Of a DNA stretch of 64,000 bases, positions 1 to 21,473 are shown one piece after another. Source of the DNA: Chrysomallon squamiferum (taxonomy: Eukaryota > Animalia > Mollusca); assembly GCA_012295275.1 (NCBI GenBank), contig CM022671.1:21266001-21330000 (forward strand), in the 5' to 3' direction. Under the pieces are notes generated by a model. It saw nothing but the letters and a program-made list of their open reading frames with translations. It did not search any database and had not been told where the DNA came from. Position 1 is the first letter of the stretch. Every line of letters starts with the position of its first letter. The translations under genes and the position numbers were made by a program.

Positions 1-697
1 TATTTGTTTGTTACCGTCCAATCGAAATCAGTAATACAGTATAATTTAAAAAAAAAAAAAAAATAAAGTAAAAAAAATGCAGATTAAAATGTCTGTTCAA
101 AACCATTTATTTTATTTAATTTTTTAATTTTTTGTTTGTTGTTTGTTTTTTTGTATCATAGTGTACAATTTCTTTTTGTGTCTATCACTATGTATGCGAA
201 ATAAATAAAGCTATCACTATGTACGCGATGGTGTCACGATTCTAGTATTGTTTTGTATAATATTCTGAAAATAGCAATGGCAAATCACCACAAATAATAA
301 AATAATGACTTGCAAGTGTACCGGTTTATATTAGCCATTTATTTGTACTGCCATACGTATATTTAAAGGAAGCAGAAACCAAAAAAAATCGATACAAACC
401 AAATTAACATTCCTCCTTAAATAGCCATTTGTTTGTTTATTGTAATTATTGCTTTTGTTATTGTTATTGCTATTAATATTACCACTACCATTACTACTAG
501 GACTAGTATTATTACTACTACTACTGCTGCTGCTGTTGCTGCTGCTGCTACTACTACTACTACTATTACTATAACTATTATTATTATTATTATTATTATT
601 ATTGTTATTATTATAAATATTAGACAAAAAAGTGCACAACGAACAAACCGTGAATATTAAAATGTGTTCACTAAACAGTCACTGATTCATTTTGCAG

Positions 698-2060
<1,363 letters not shown>

Positions 2061-3191
2061 CAAATTAGCGTCGAAACCAAAACAAGACATTTACACTGTT
2101 TCTGATTTATAATTTTTTTTTTTTTTTGGCGTGTTCTAAAAATTAATATATATATAAATAAATTAATTCATTAATTCATTAATTAATTAATTAATTAATT
2201 AATAATAATAAAGAAAATAATAAAGTAAATATAAAAGGATAAAAACAACATCAGTAAACGAATTTAAAAAAAAATGAAGAAGAAGAAGAAGATATTGATA
2301 TTCTGAAATGACCAAATATTATTTTCTCTTAATAACTTAATTTAATTTATGTTAATGATGATGATGATGTTATTATTGTTGTTGTTATTGTTATTATTAT
2401 CACTGTTATTGTTATTATAGTTATGTTGTTGTTAATATTATTATTATTATTATTATTATTTCTAGATTAACAAACTGAAAAGCCACTGAGTAATTAAATC
2501 AATTCATTCATAATAGTATGTCACAAACAAGTATTAAGAAATAAGACTGATAAATAGATAAAATGATGACTAAATAATAACAAAATAAAATATGGTAAAT
2601 TAAACACTTAAATATATAGTGAAAACGATTATTGAAAACGAAGATATTGGACAGCTTATGTAGAAAAAAGTCAAGTGTTGGAATTGTGTGTAACAAATTA
2701 CTGAATATTTGCTGATAAAAAATAATATCAATTTGTTAATGTTTTTAAACAAAACTTAGCTTTTTTCTTTTTCTTTTAATCTTTTTTTAATTTTAATTTT
2801 TCATTTTTTTTTTTTTCTTTTTTACAATGATTTTAAGATAATAAAATAATTCAATTATTGAATTCAAGAGTTTGTTGTCTATTATTATAAAAATGTTTTT
2901 GCCTATTGCCAACATTCACCGATGTAGCAAAATTTAACGATGTATCCTCAGTTATTCCAGGCTTAGACAAGAAAAGGACTCTCTTTTCCTTAGAAAGGTT
3001 CTTACTTCCCTCTAGATACACTTACATTTATATAACGGACGCATTCGAGCGTGCAGATAATAAAACACCATTTTACAGCTTTCACGTTTAATAAATTACG
3101 ATTACCTATGTGAAAATGAATGGTATATTAACAATAAAAATCTTAAAATTTGTTTCCAACTATATTTTTCTAATTAATTTATTTCTTTTGT

Positions 3192-3228
<37 letters not shown>

Positions 3229-4061
3229 GTAAATGTTAGTTTAAATTGATTTAAAAAACATAGATTTTACTTTTTAAAATATAATGGTTTATCCATCTCC
3301 CATTCCAACAAAACGTTCATCAAAGTTTTTTTTATTTATTTTTTGCAAAAGTTTATGAAGCGTGTGTGTGTGTGTGAGTGTGTAGACAGATATCGATACA
3401 AGATTATTAAATTACATGAACTATTCTCAAAATACAGACCCGAAAAGGAGAGATTCGGGCATTCGTAACAAAAATAAACTTAGATGAGCAATCTGTCTGC
3501 TTGTGTATTAGGTGCTGAAGTGTATTGAAGAAAGAAATTCGGTTAAGATTCTTTAACTTCAGTTCTTCTAAAGCTAAATGAAACACTCACACACACACAA
3601 GTACATATATATACATACGTACTTAAACTTAACACCTGTTATATGTTGAATATTTCAAAAGTAAGCCACAAAAAATGTATTTCTTTAGAGTCCACCCATT
3701 TCAATTTTTCCAGGTAGAGATAAAGGTTTTTATTTATTTATTTATGATTTTTATGATCGGTAGGCTTGAAAAGAAAATACTAAGACTACAGAAACACTGA
3801 AGCTAGAAACTGCACCAAAAATTCAGTTAAAAGCTCAGCTGTATGTATTTAGTGTATTAGTCAGTGTATCCAAAATGTTTAAAGAAACCGCAACTAGTTT
3901 TTATTGTTGTTGTTGTTTTTTTTTTGTTGTTTTTTGTCCCATCTCTTACCATTGACCCAAGCCCTAAGAGAATTCTGAAATTGCTTAAAGAGATTTTACA
4001 CAAGTATCGAATTTTGGGGATATTTCTCAATAATGTGGAGACGATAAACAACTTAACCTTT

Positions 4062-4118
<57 letters not shown>

Positions 4119-4515
4119 GGTTTTATTGTTACATTTGAAGTTCCTAGTCAGTAACTGCCTCCAGTTGATTTTTCATTTTTGAAAATTGACGTAATCCCGA
4201 GCTTAGTGCGGGGATGGTACGGTGTTGAGGCTAATAAATAAACAGACATGGCGTGATAATCGTAGAAAACCCTAAATGTTTGTGCACATGCATTCGTAAT
4301 AGGTATCTCCTTGGAGTGGTTTTATTTCTACAGATAGCGCTTATGACGTCAATGAAAGAAACGTGATGACGTCAGTGGAATGAATATGACAAAAATGATA
4401 ATCGGTGAACGTCACATCGGTGTGAGTAATGGAGATGTTGAAGGAGTAATTCAGTGATATGTCGATATAATTATCAGTACACGCAAGGAGTTTGACTTAC
4501 AGAGATAGATGAATA

Positions 4516-9856
<5,341 letters not shown>

Positions 9857-10040
9857 AACTGAAGTAAAATTTCCTATCGCACTGGTTATTCCAATGGTAA
9901 CACTGTTTTCTGTTTACAGTGTTAGGACAAAAACCAGTCAAATTTGTTTATAAACGTTACTCTTCGTTCTCTTTTATTTTTTGTTATGTTGCTTTGCTTT
10001 TTCTTCATTTATTATTACTTGAAATTATCATCATCACCAC

Positions 10041-10073
<33 letters not shown>

Positions 10074-10249
10074 TATTATTATTATTATTGAAAAATAAAT
10101 ATTTTTTAATCTTTCTTTTTTATTTCTTGTTATCTGCTTATATATCTGTCTGTCTGTCTATCTATCTATCGGTCTATCTGTCTTTCTGTCTCTCTGATAA
10201 TATATTATTCTTTCATCGGTTCATTTATTACTGTCGCAATTACTTTTTT

Positions 10250-10344
<95 letters not shown>

Positions 10345-11183
10345 GTACTTTCTTTTTCCTGTGTTTATTACATATTTTAAAACGACTGATCATTAGACGA
10401 TCAGCAATCAGATTATATCTGTGTTGAAATTCATTTGAAAAGGTTATGCAAAGTTATGTCCCGAAAATTTTCTTTTTCTTTTCTGTTCAATGTATTTATT
10501 TATGGGACACAACGATTCTGTGGACTGAGAAAACAACGATAAAGAAATAATTAAGACATAAAATTATTGAAGTATAAAGGTAAAAATGAAACCGATGGAA
10601 CATGAAAATGTTTAAATGATATAAATATAAATGGATTTATGGTATGGAAATTTTTTTATTATTATTATTTTTTTAATTGGATTATTTATCTAAAGAATGT
10701 GTTTTACAATTTCTGTTTCTTTCTTTCATTTTATTTTTTTAGCCTTTTTTAATTTTTGTTATTGTTATATGTCACTGAAAATGTGTACGTAATCAGTAAA
10801 TATATTTATATGTATATATAAAACTGTATTTTTTGTTGCTGAAATAAAATATAATAAAAACATTATATATTTTTCTTATTGTTAATATTCTATCTTTTTT
10901 TTTGTTATCCCCATTTTCTTTAAATTATTTTAGTGATGCTAAAATGCATAAAACACTGATTGCTTTAAAATAAATAAATTAACCACAAACTAATTATAAT
11001 AAATAAATAAATAAATAACAACAATCAAACAACAGAATAAAGAAAATAGAAAAAGGAGAAAACCAATAAAAACTATTAAAAAAACAAACAATACATAAAC
11101 ACAAAACCAAACACAGACAATTACTGATATTTTAAAAAACTGAAACGTATAAACATCTACACAGAAATTCGAAATAAAATATT

Positions 11184-11292
<109 letters not shown>

Positions 11293-12586
11293 ACTCACTC
11301 AAACTGATATGTAGAAACATACCTTAAGAAATATCATTTGTTCAGTCAGTTTTTAAGTACATTCATTTTACCATAATGTCTTAAGATTCAGTCGCCGTCA
11401 GAAACAGTTATGAAAACAAATTAATTCCGATTAGAGAAAGATATCATTAGCGTCTATTAGAAAACAAAACCAATAAAACAATTTTGCAATTTGTTATTTC
11501 TGCCTTGAATACAAAGAGGAATATATATTAATAATTAACAATTGTTAAGTGTAAAACTGCTCATCTTTAATTTTTCTCAGTTTCTTTCTTTCTTTCTATT
11601 TCTTTCTTTCTTTCCTTCTTTCTTTCTTAGTCTTTCTTGCTTTCTTTCTTTATCTCTTTTCCCTCTTGTTCCTTAGTTCCATCTTTCATAATTTCGTTCT
11701 TTCTTTCTTTCATTAATATTTTTTTTCTTTCTTTCTTTCTTTCTTTCAGATCTATTCCATCCCTGCTGTTTTCTTTCCTACTGATCTGAACACACTAAAT
11801 GCACAATTGCCGTGTTGCATTCATCAAAACTCGTTACATTAGCAGATCCATTACAATCGGATACATTTCTGATCGCTAATAATAATTATCTTCTGTCACT
11901 TCCATTCCACTGATTCAGTGGAAAATATTAAAGAAATAGTTTTCTCAGTTTCGGCATCAGTCACTGGAGATCATAGAAGACGAAGCACTGGAAAATTAAA
12001 GGTAAGTTTCTCAGGTAACATAACTCAAGAAAAATGATTGTGGGTTTTTCTTTTAAAGGTAGACATTTGTTTTGTTTTGCCGGTATAAACCGCAAAAGAC
12101 TCAGTTCGTAAATCAATAGATAAAGATAAAGAAGAAATATAAAATGAAAAACAGGTTTATGTTTTTTCAGAACATAAATGGTTTTGACTACTGATTTGTA
12201 AGTTAATGTAAGATACAGAGAAACGATGAAAAAGAAATGGCAATTTACTTTTTTCAAGAGAGCCAGATAAAGCAGATTCAAATTTTAAACTGTTGTCGTT
12301 AATTTACAGTTGTTCCGACCGGCAAACGAATTTCCTAGAGATGGTTTCAGACATGGGTTTATCGGGTACAAATTTACAGACAACTTTTACCGGTTCTTTT
12401 TTATATTTATTCTTTCTTTCATTATCATTCTTCTCCAGGAAATAATAATACAGTAAATAATTAGATTTTTTTTTTTTTAAAATGAAAGCTAAAGATGCCA
12501 ACCTCGTCGACGACGTTGTTGAAGAAAGCAATGATGATAACGATGAAATCGACGAAAAAGGAAAAATAAAACATTAAGTTTTAGTA

Positions 12587-12634
<48 letters not shown>

Positions 12635-12734
12635 TAACAACAACAACAACAACGATAACAACTGCAAAAGTAACAATAATAAATAATGATGATGACTATG
12701 ATGATGATAATAATGAAACGTTTAAATTTTTAGG

Positions 12735-14099
12735 ATGAAGTTATCCGATCTGCTGTTGGTATTTTGCGGAATCATATATTTTGGCACTAACAGTTCGTCT
12801 TCTTCAACTATTAAATCGGTCATAAAAGCAAATGATCCTATCAATTCAAGTGTTGTAGCTTATCTTTCATCGACGTCTGGGAATTTAGAAGCTGATCCAA
12901 GCACAACAACCAGTATAATAGATACAGATTTAAGCACAAACGATTTATCAGAAACAGAGGTTAAACAGTCTACCAACGAAACGGAAGGAGTGAAATCAGA
13001 AACTACGACTGAAAGCGACGAATTATCCTCTCATTCACTTAGTTCGGATCGCACAGATTCTGTTCAGTCAACGACGCTTGGGGAAACAGCAAGCTATTTT
13101 ATTACCAATTCGAGCGTAGTGGGCGAACTTTCGACTGCCGATCCTGACTTTGACGAGGATTCAAATAAAGGTTCTCAAGCCGCTAGCTCACTCGACTACG
13201 TGGGAATGATAAGCGTGCCCATAGCCCTTGCAGTCGGTTCCGTGGGCAACATAATCACTCTGGTAGCCATGACGACGCAGCCATTCAGTCACATGAGCTG
13301 GAGCGTGACGCTGGCCTCAATGGCGTTCGCCGACACCGTCGTTCTTCTGATGACGGCGCTAAACAAAGACTTCGTCATCGACCTCATCGGTTTCGACGTA
13401 CGGTCCATCAACAACGTCAGCTGCAAGGCGTTCCACTTCTTCCGCCGCCTCTGCAAGATCAACTCTTCCTGGTGCGTGGTTCTCGTCTGCGCCGAGCGCT
13501 TCGTGGCGATCTGCTTCCCTCTGAAAGCCAAAGTGTTCTGCACGCGAGAGAACACGACGCGCGCCATCCTCGCCATCTGGCTGCTCGGGGTCGTCTACTG
13601 CAGCACGTCCGTGATTCCCGTCGGAATGCAACACTCCGTGTGTCGGCAGACGATAAACGAGCCGCAGTTCCAGACACGGAACCGCATGTACGTCATCGCC
13701 GGCTCGGTCCTGCTGGGAGTCCTTCCCATGTCCATCTTGATCGTGCTGACGCCCATCATCTGCGGCATGCTGCTGAGGTACTCGCGCCAGACGCGGGAGA
13801 TGACGAGCAGCCAGGAGGAAACGAACAAGTACAAGAAGGCGTCGGCCATGCTCGTCAGCGTCCACGTGGCCTACATCATCCTCGTGCTGCCGTCCATCAT
13901 CTACAGGAATGTCCGGTTCGCGACCCGGTCGCAGGTGTTCAACGATCCGTCGATGAAAATCGTGAACGAGGTGAGCAAAGTCATGGAGGAGCTGGTGAAC
14001 CACTCCATCAACTTCTTCCTCTACACGGCCTTCAATCCTCTCTTCAGAAAGAGACTGACTTTCCTTTTTTCCTATTCCAGATCTCAGAGCTCGCAATAA
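12735..14099 (+). CDS. Rhodopsin-class (class A) orphan GPCR, GPCR1, 454 aa, single coding exon
   Basis: N-terminal hydrophobic signal peptide, Ser/Thr-rich ectodomain and seven hydrophobic segments. Motifs: GN in TM1, MAFAD in TM2, C...ERFVAICFPLK in TM3/ICL2, NHSINFFLY in TM7. The ATG follows a splice acceptor (TTTTAG|GATG); a candidate 5'UTR exon ends at 12001 (AG|GTAAGT). Confidence 0.93.
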   Translation: MKLSDLLLVFCGIIYFGTNSSSSSTIKSVIKANDPINSSVVAYLSSTSGNLEADPSTTTSIIDTDLSTNDLSETEVKQSTNETEGVKSETTTESDELSSHSLSSDRTDSVQSTTLGETASYFITNSSVVGELSTADPDFDEDSNKGSQAASSLDYVGMISVPIALAVGSVGNIITLVAMTTQPFSHMSWSVTLASMAFADTVVLLMTALNKDFVIDLIGFDVRSINNVSCKAFHFFRRLCKINSSWCVVLVCAERFVAICFPLKAKVFCTRENTTRAILAIWLLGVVYCSTSVIPVGMQHSVCRQTINEPQFQTRNRMYVIAGSVLLGVLPMSILIVLTPIICGMLLRYSRQTREMTSSQEETNKYKKASAMLVSVHVAYIILVLPSIIYRNVRFATRSQVFNDPSMKIVNEVSKVMEELVNHSINFFLYTAFNPLFRKRLTFLFSYSRSQSSQ

Positions 14100-14167
14100 C
14101 CATTTGTTTTATAATTCACTTTAACGTTATATTTTTTTTTTATTATTATTACTACTGCTGCTAGTAT

Positions 14168-14244
<77 letters not shown>

Positions 14245-15626
14245 ATATTATTATTATTATTATTATTATTATTATCATCATCATCTGAAATACATTTTTA
14301 TTTAATTAATTTATTTCAGTTATTTAACGAATTATGTAAATATAAATGTGTTATTGTCTATGATTGTTATAATATATACAGCACTGATTTCAGTTTTCTT
14401 TATAAGGTAGCTGAAAATAGTTAACTGAAATTTTTCTAATGAATCCCACTTCTCAACTTAACTGAACGGGAATGAATTTTAGTTTTAAAATAGATGAAAA
14501 CGCTTTATTTGTGATACATTAACTTTTTTTTTAGTGGTTTGCGGTTTGTTGCTGGTTTTAAACTAAATATGTCAAGCATTAGCGCTCATCAAAGAATAGA
14601 TTTGGAGATATTTATACTTGTTTGGCGGGTACTAAAAGATTTTATATAAACTAGTCTAGCGATTTCGAACAAATAATAATGACTAAAGGCAAACTGAACA
14701 GCCGTCATTAAGTTGTTGTAGAAGGCAAAATATATCTGCTATATTTTATCATTATTATTATTAAAGCACGCCTTCTTGGCCTAGCTGTTCGTTTTATTGC
14801 GCGGAAAACGTTAACTATAATTTAATTTTAAGAGCGCTGGCCGTAGAAATGATAAAATCCATTTATCCTTTCGAGATGGTTTTGATGTTGAGAATTAATC
14901 AGCATTTGGGGGTATTACGTGATGCAAGTATTCTTTAACAGTTTCAATAAAATGCAATAAAATATGTCTAGTAGAATATAAATAATCCTGAAAAATTCTG
15001 AAGTCAGGGGTTAAGAAATATCTTTAGACATTATTATTATTATTATTATTAATCTTATTATTATATTTATTTATTTATTTTATTTTATTTTTTCTTACGA
15101 GGTGGTTTAAATAAAGTATTTATTTACCTTTTCCATGAAAATTTGAAAATCGAAAAAAAAAAAAAAATTATATTTGTCAGTGCTAGCTCAGTTTTGCGAC
15201 GTAATCTCTGATTCGATTTATAGGTTCACGTTTCTTGTTGCAGCCAGTTTTAACTGACTGAATTTGTACTTTCCACTGTAAAATGCATATTAAAATTTCG
15301 TGACTAATGTTTCGACATTAGCCCAGGCTTAGACTGCGGGTTTCCTATCTTACGTCATCATCATCATCATGTCAGAAATCATCATACGTTTTGTATTTAA
15401 TCAACGCTCATGTGTGAAGGTGTTGTTAAATTATTTTTGTAGTGTCTGTGTTCATGTTACGAATACCTGTTTAACAATGAAACGATAATTGCTGTCATGA
15501 AACAAATTTATAGAAAACAGATGTCTTTTTCTGCTTCATGTCTGTTTAATAAAAATGAAATGACTGCCAATTATATCCTGTGGTAACAGTAATATGTTTT
15601 CCTATCTATTAAAAATTAACTCAGTA

Positions 15627-15890
15627 AGTCATATCTCACGATAATAATAGGCAGACTAGGCAGAACTGAATTCACGTGATATGACAAGAATCAGAATTAC
15701 ACATTAATTTCTATATATAAGTTATAATTGTTTTATAAAGAAATACTTCTGGTGATTATTTCAAAAATATTCTGCAGAATATTCCAGATTGTAACAGTTA
15801 TACATGAATTCAACATGCGTGATTTATATAAAATACCTGGTCGTTATGAATGATATGACAGTGAGCATGGGAGAGACATGGCAGTGAGTG

Positions 15891-15987
<97 letters not shown>
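15627..15987 (+). repeat. Left arm of a long inverted repeat (partner 21676-22051)
   Basis: About 270 bp of unique sequence plus (AG)n is the reverse complement of 21760-22051 plus (CT)n. A partial third copy lies at about 16476-16553. Confidence 0.85.
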
Positions 15988-15989
<2 letters not shown>

Positions 15990-16024
15990 AAGAAATGTAT
16001 GAATTCAATATGAATGAATTAAAA

Positions 16025-16077
<53 letters not shown>

Positions 16078-16553
16078 CAATAAATCAATAAATAAGGTAA
16101 TAATTTATAAATTATGTGTGTAGCTTATTTAAACATGTTATCCTGTATATTTTGCTGGTAAAATTGACGTTCAAGACTTAGAGCAAATAGTTCACAAGGT
16201 AAAACATACAGAAAACATACCTGCTTAAACATAGTGACATTCTATAATAAACACACATATATTTTTTAATTTCATCTCTTTCTCAGCTTCATTCCAGATC
16301 GGTTCATCCTTTTAAATTCTCCATCTATAAAAACCTACATCTCCGTAACTTTAAATTAAATTAAGGTAAAGTAAAGTGTGTCTGAAGAATAAATGGTCAA
16401 ATGCATTTATTTTGTAATGAACATAAATTATTCTTTTATTTTTATTCGCTGCAAACAAAGTATGAAAATAAAATATTATTCCAGATTGTAACAGTTATAC
16501 ATGAATCCAACATGCGTGATTTATATAAAATACCTTGGTCGTTATGAATGATA

Positions 16554-16613
<60 letters not shown>

Positions 16614-19600
16614 TTCTTCTTTTACATCTCTTTCTTCTTCTTCTTCTTCTTCTTTTTATTATTATTATTGTTATTATTCTAAGGTGATTTGTTGTTTAGA
16701 AGGTACGTTTCACGTAATACTAGGTATCTAGGACACCAGTTATCAAATACCTGGTTAATTTGTAACTGATACTATGTTTAGAAGATATATGTTTCTCGTA
16801 AAACTAGACAACAACACAACAACAGAAATACTGTACCACCCAGGTGATCCAGCTAACTGTCAAAACTGACAGGATTTCAGCAGGAAAAGATAACTTTCAC
16901 AGGTAATAGATTAAAATCAGTTATTTCCTCTTGATCTAATACCAATATTCGGAGACATATGCATAGATATAGATAGATAGATATTGTTCATATTGTTGTT
17001 GATTTCCTTCTTCTTCTTCTTATAATTATTATTAAAGAAAATAAAAGTAGTGAGAATAAACTAAATGTAATGAAATAACACATGGCTTACCTGTAGTCTC
17101 ACCTGAGTGAAGTTTGAGAAGAGCTCTTACTCGCTACCTGGACATCACAACACTTCCCATACAGACATTTCTCAGACTGCTGACCAGTCTAACCTCAAAT
17201 GGGAAAAACAGAAAAAAAAACTTGAAGAATTTTTCACAGTAAGTTTATATATATATATATAAATACATAATAAAGATACATAGATATATAGACATAAAAA
17301 GATAAAGAGAGAGACAATCAGATAGGTAGACAGATAGATGGATAGATAAATAGATTGATAGATAGATAGATGGATGGATGGATGGATGGATGGATGGATG
17401 GATGGATGGATGGATGGATGGATGGATGGATGGATGGACAAATACATACTTCGGCAGACCAATAGACAGATGATAAAGTTTTATTATATAATTGGTATAC
17501 GTTGGTTTTTGTCTCAGTTTCATTTCTTCTTCTTCTAATTTATTTTCAAAGGTTTATATAGAGCATTTGATTCGAGAAAATGCCTCAAGATGTGTATAAT
17601 GCTATAGCGAAACTGGGCGGTAATTTTTACGTGTGGAAATGTTGAAATGCTCTCCAATATCATGAAAACTCAGCGAAGGAGTCACCTACAAGTATACATT
17701 TTTTTAGTACAGTTCTATTTTTAACATCATATGTGAATGAATGAACGAACAAACGAGTGAAAGAATAAAAGAAATAAACTGATGAAGAAATAAAATAATT
17801 AATTATTACTAAACTGAGTTTAATTACACCTCAAAACATTTTAATGGCAAATATTTATCAGACGTCAAATCTTGTTATTTTTGCGAATATGTCAATGATA
17901 CGAGAGAAAAAACCGGATTCTGTTATTAGTATATAGCATAATAAAGCTGTATATGAGTGTGTACACGCAGAATATTGCATACACTTTTGGATTCAACATT
18001 CAACAGCGTCTGTAGCAAACTGCGCAGTCAGACAAAATTAAAATTGCACTGAATACAAAACAGCCAAATCAGGGAAGTGTCCGTGTTATGGTAAATTTAT
18101 TTTTATTTTTCTCTAAGTACGTTATTTTAATGAAAGTGGATGACTTTCAAGAAGAAACGACAAGAAATCGCCAGGATGTTGTGTCAACTGAATCGACTCG
18201 ATATGCAAGGGCACTGACAACTGCAGCCGTAAACTACACATCTCATACACGTTGTAAATAATCATATTCCAAGCCTTACTATCGTGTAGAATACAGCGTC
18301 TGGTGAAAACTGTTAACAATGAAGAAAGAAAATGAATCTTTGATAGTGTTCAAAAATGTATTCTGTTTATAAGTGTCTTTGTTATTTTCGTACGATGTCT
18401 TCAGATGTTTCAGTGCTTTCTCGGGTCAAGAAAGTTGACTCCTTTTGTGCAAAAACCTCATTAACGAACGATATTACTTATGCTCAGGCCTTTAAAAACA
18501 TTATTATATGAATATACAAAGAAATGTATAGCTAGCTAACATATACGTGAAATTTGTTTTGTTGTTCTTCTTTTTGTTTTGTTATTGCTGTGGTAGCATT
18601 CTAAATAATATTCATAATTACACTGAATTAATTAAAATGGTTTGATTATTCAGAATATGGTGACATACAAGATATGTAAATGGTTTATTTATTGTTTTAA
18701 TATACTGATTTACAGTAGCCATGTTTGAATAATTCTTGTGTATTCTCTTGTTATTAAGAGCTGAAGACTCCTACAATTTGTCTCGCCTTCTTCTTAGGTT
18801 TTAAGTTCTAACAATTCTGGATAAAGACGATATAGGAATTTATGAAAAAGTAATCGATATAAAATCACTTCTCATATAGGCTAAAATGTTGTATACGTAA
18901 TATATTTTGAAACGTGCTTGGACTGAAATGTTTGTTGATGTCTACATGGAAATTAAAAACAAAGATAAATAAATATATAAAGATGCTTTAATTCTTATAC
19001 CATACTTACTAATAACTGATATTAACATAAATAATTTAAATACTGTTATACTTTTTTTTTCATTATTTTCAGTTATGTTAAATTGTTCTCATAAAGTTTG
19101 TTGCTGTTATGTCATCTAAAATTATGTATATAGTATTATTAATTCTCTTATGTTTATGTGTTTATTTGGCAGAAGCTGCATTTAATAATCAGATTATATA
19201 CTCTGTTATTATTCCTTAGGTGACATTATTAGAACCCACTCCAAATAATTCATGATTCCCTTTGGATTAGTGGAATGCATATTTTTTAACGGCCTATTGG
19301 ATTAATAGTAGTAAACGACATGTTACTTCAGTATCTGGTAAAAGTGGATGTATAAAAAATATCTGACAGCGAACCAACTAGTGATATAAGAATAAATCGT
19401 TTCCAGAATGAATACATTTTTATGGCTTGTAGCTGCACTGTAATACCTGCAATCAAAATAAACATTCTAAGGCAAAAATAATAATAATAATAATAATAAA
19501 AAAATTCTGAATGTACACAGAATTTGTTAATAGTTTCACTTTTCAGAAATCGATCTTTATACAAAACTCTTGAAGAGATATCCAATATCACTGGCTGAAC

Positions 19601-19902
19601 TTTAAGCAGTATTTGTAATTCTATAAACTATCGGACGAAAATAACAAAACCGAAAAATATTAGACCCCTATATTTTTTCGGGTAACAATTGTTTTTTATT
19701 TAGTGCGCTTAAAATTGTTCCTTCTAGTACTAAAGTTAAAGTATATTCTGTTTTCTTCTTCTTTTTCTTTCTTTCTTTGCTTCTTTCTTTCTTTCTCTCT
19801 TTATTTTTCTTTCCTTTTCTCTTTTTTTTATTGTTTTTGGTGTGGGTGTTATTGACAACGATAAAATTAACTGAGAAACTTTAAAGCTGCACAGCAGACA
19901 AG

Positions 19903-21473
19903 TTATTTTGAATATGAAACAACTGCTACTGAACTATTAACCTGCGGCGACGAGGTGCTTCGCATCTCAACACAACTGGTAGCTTCAGTGGTGACGACAA
20001 CATTTCTAGTGGCACAAGTCACACAGTGAATCACTCTTTGTCGAAACGCGTCATTGAAAGCTGTGTACAAGAAGAAATTACTGGAATAATTGATCAACTC
20101 CAGCACTTGAGAGAGCTCCCTAATGATTATTAGAGTTGTGTCCCTTGTTGTGACCAAACTCTCTTTGCGAGAAAACGCGAGATTGTAGCTAATCATGGCA
20201 GGCGTCAGAAGGATGACGTAAGTAACGCTGAGACTAATCAGCATGGCGGTCGCTTTGATGTAGCCCTCGTTTTGTCCGGAAGCGCTGGAGATCTGTGACC
20301 TTAGCACCATGTGTCTGCGCAGAACGACGCAAGTGATTGGCGTCAGAACAAGCATTATGGCCATCGGCAGAACCACTATCAACACAGATCCAATGACGAT
20401 CAGCAACATCGCTTTCTTTTGCGATTCAGGTGTCACAATCGTCTGGATGCACAAACCATCGACGATGTCTGCTGTTGTGATCCAGATGCTGCAGTAAGCG
20501 GAGGAGGCGAGGACAACGCAGACGATGCTGATAACAGTTCGTGTTCTTGTACAAATCCGTTTGACTTTCAGAGGAAAGCAGACGGCAATACATCTCTCAA
20601 AACAAACCAGTACTATGAGCCAGGCAGAAACCATTTTTGAAGCTCTGCGAATGAAATTATATATTTTACAAGAAGCGCTGTTTACTGAGGGTAAGTCAGC
20701 ACCAATGAAATCGATGACGAAAGGTTTGTTGAACGGCACCGACAACAGTACGACGTTGTCAGCCACGGCCAAGGCCATGAGAACTGTACTCCACGTCGTG
20801 AGTTTAAACGGTTTCGTAATCATTGTACTGAAAGTCACGCTGTTACCAAACAGTCCAAATACTAAAGCAATAGGCAACGTTATTTTTACTGCAAGATCGT
20901 GATAATTCGCGCTTGTAAAATTAATTTTGGCTGCGGTCAGTTTATTTTTTGGTCTGTCAGATGATAGGCTGTCATTATTGAAAACATCGGTACTGAGAAA
21001 GACTTCGGCTGAGTTTGCCGTTGTTGGAACGACGTCCTTTTGCATCCCACTAGTGACAGCTACGTTTACGTTAGCCGTTTTTACGTCAAATTCATTAACA
21101 TTTGATTCGGATTCGTCGACAGCTATTGTAATTGTAATAGCTTTGTCATTTTCATCGTTCTTAGTTGAACTGGTTGCAGGAATAACCGATATACTGCTCC
21201 CTTCCAGATCAGTGACAGCTAGAGTATTCTTGATATCGGGTTCATTCGTATGTGTTTCTTCTTCACCACTCGCCAATGTTTGTGTAATTGTGTTTTCGCT
21301 GATCTGCGTGAAAACATCTCGATCGTTAGATGACCTTGTGGAAGTAACTACGATTCCGGTGGAATTGTCTTTACTTGTGATTTCAAATGATATCGTCGTA
21401 TCGGTAAGTGAGATGAAATCGATAAACGTGTACAGCAAAATGTAAATGGGAAAAGGCCAACATTTCTTTTCAT
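19903..21473 (-). CDS. Rhodopsin-class orphan GPCR, GPCR2 (about 520 aa; start codon uncertain)
   Basis: ORF 19903-21438 has a Thr/Ser-rich ectodomain and 7TM with GN, LAVAD, CFERCIAVCFPLK and NYSSNFFLY. A splice acceptor gives an exon start at 21475. The nearest ATG (21473) is one base out of frame with the ORF. Confidence 0.88.

Noticed and set aside
4344-4374. Two TGACGTCA sites upstream of WD40 paralogue 2
   Set aside because: They follow an apparent acceptor at 4333 and may lie in the 5'UTR; the TSS is unknown, so no regulatory call is made.
13289-14164. Overlapping and antisense ORFs of up to 245 aa within GPCR1 (similar ones over GPCR2 and GPCR3)
   Set aside because: Expected by-product of GC-rich codon usage depleting stop codons; no recognisable motifs.
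17092-17187. Possible minus-strand exon (TTAG|ACTGG...CTACAG|GTAAGC)
   Set aside because: Plausible splice signals, but no convincing frame or partner exons; cannot be supported without transcripts.
18120-18330. GC-richer island with short ORFs between GPCR1 and GPCR2
   Set aside because: All frames are short and I recognise no protein or RNA family; possibly a decayed fragment.
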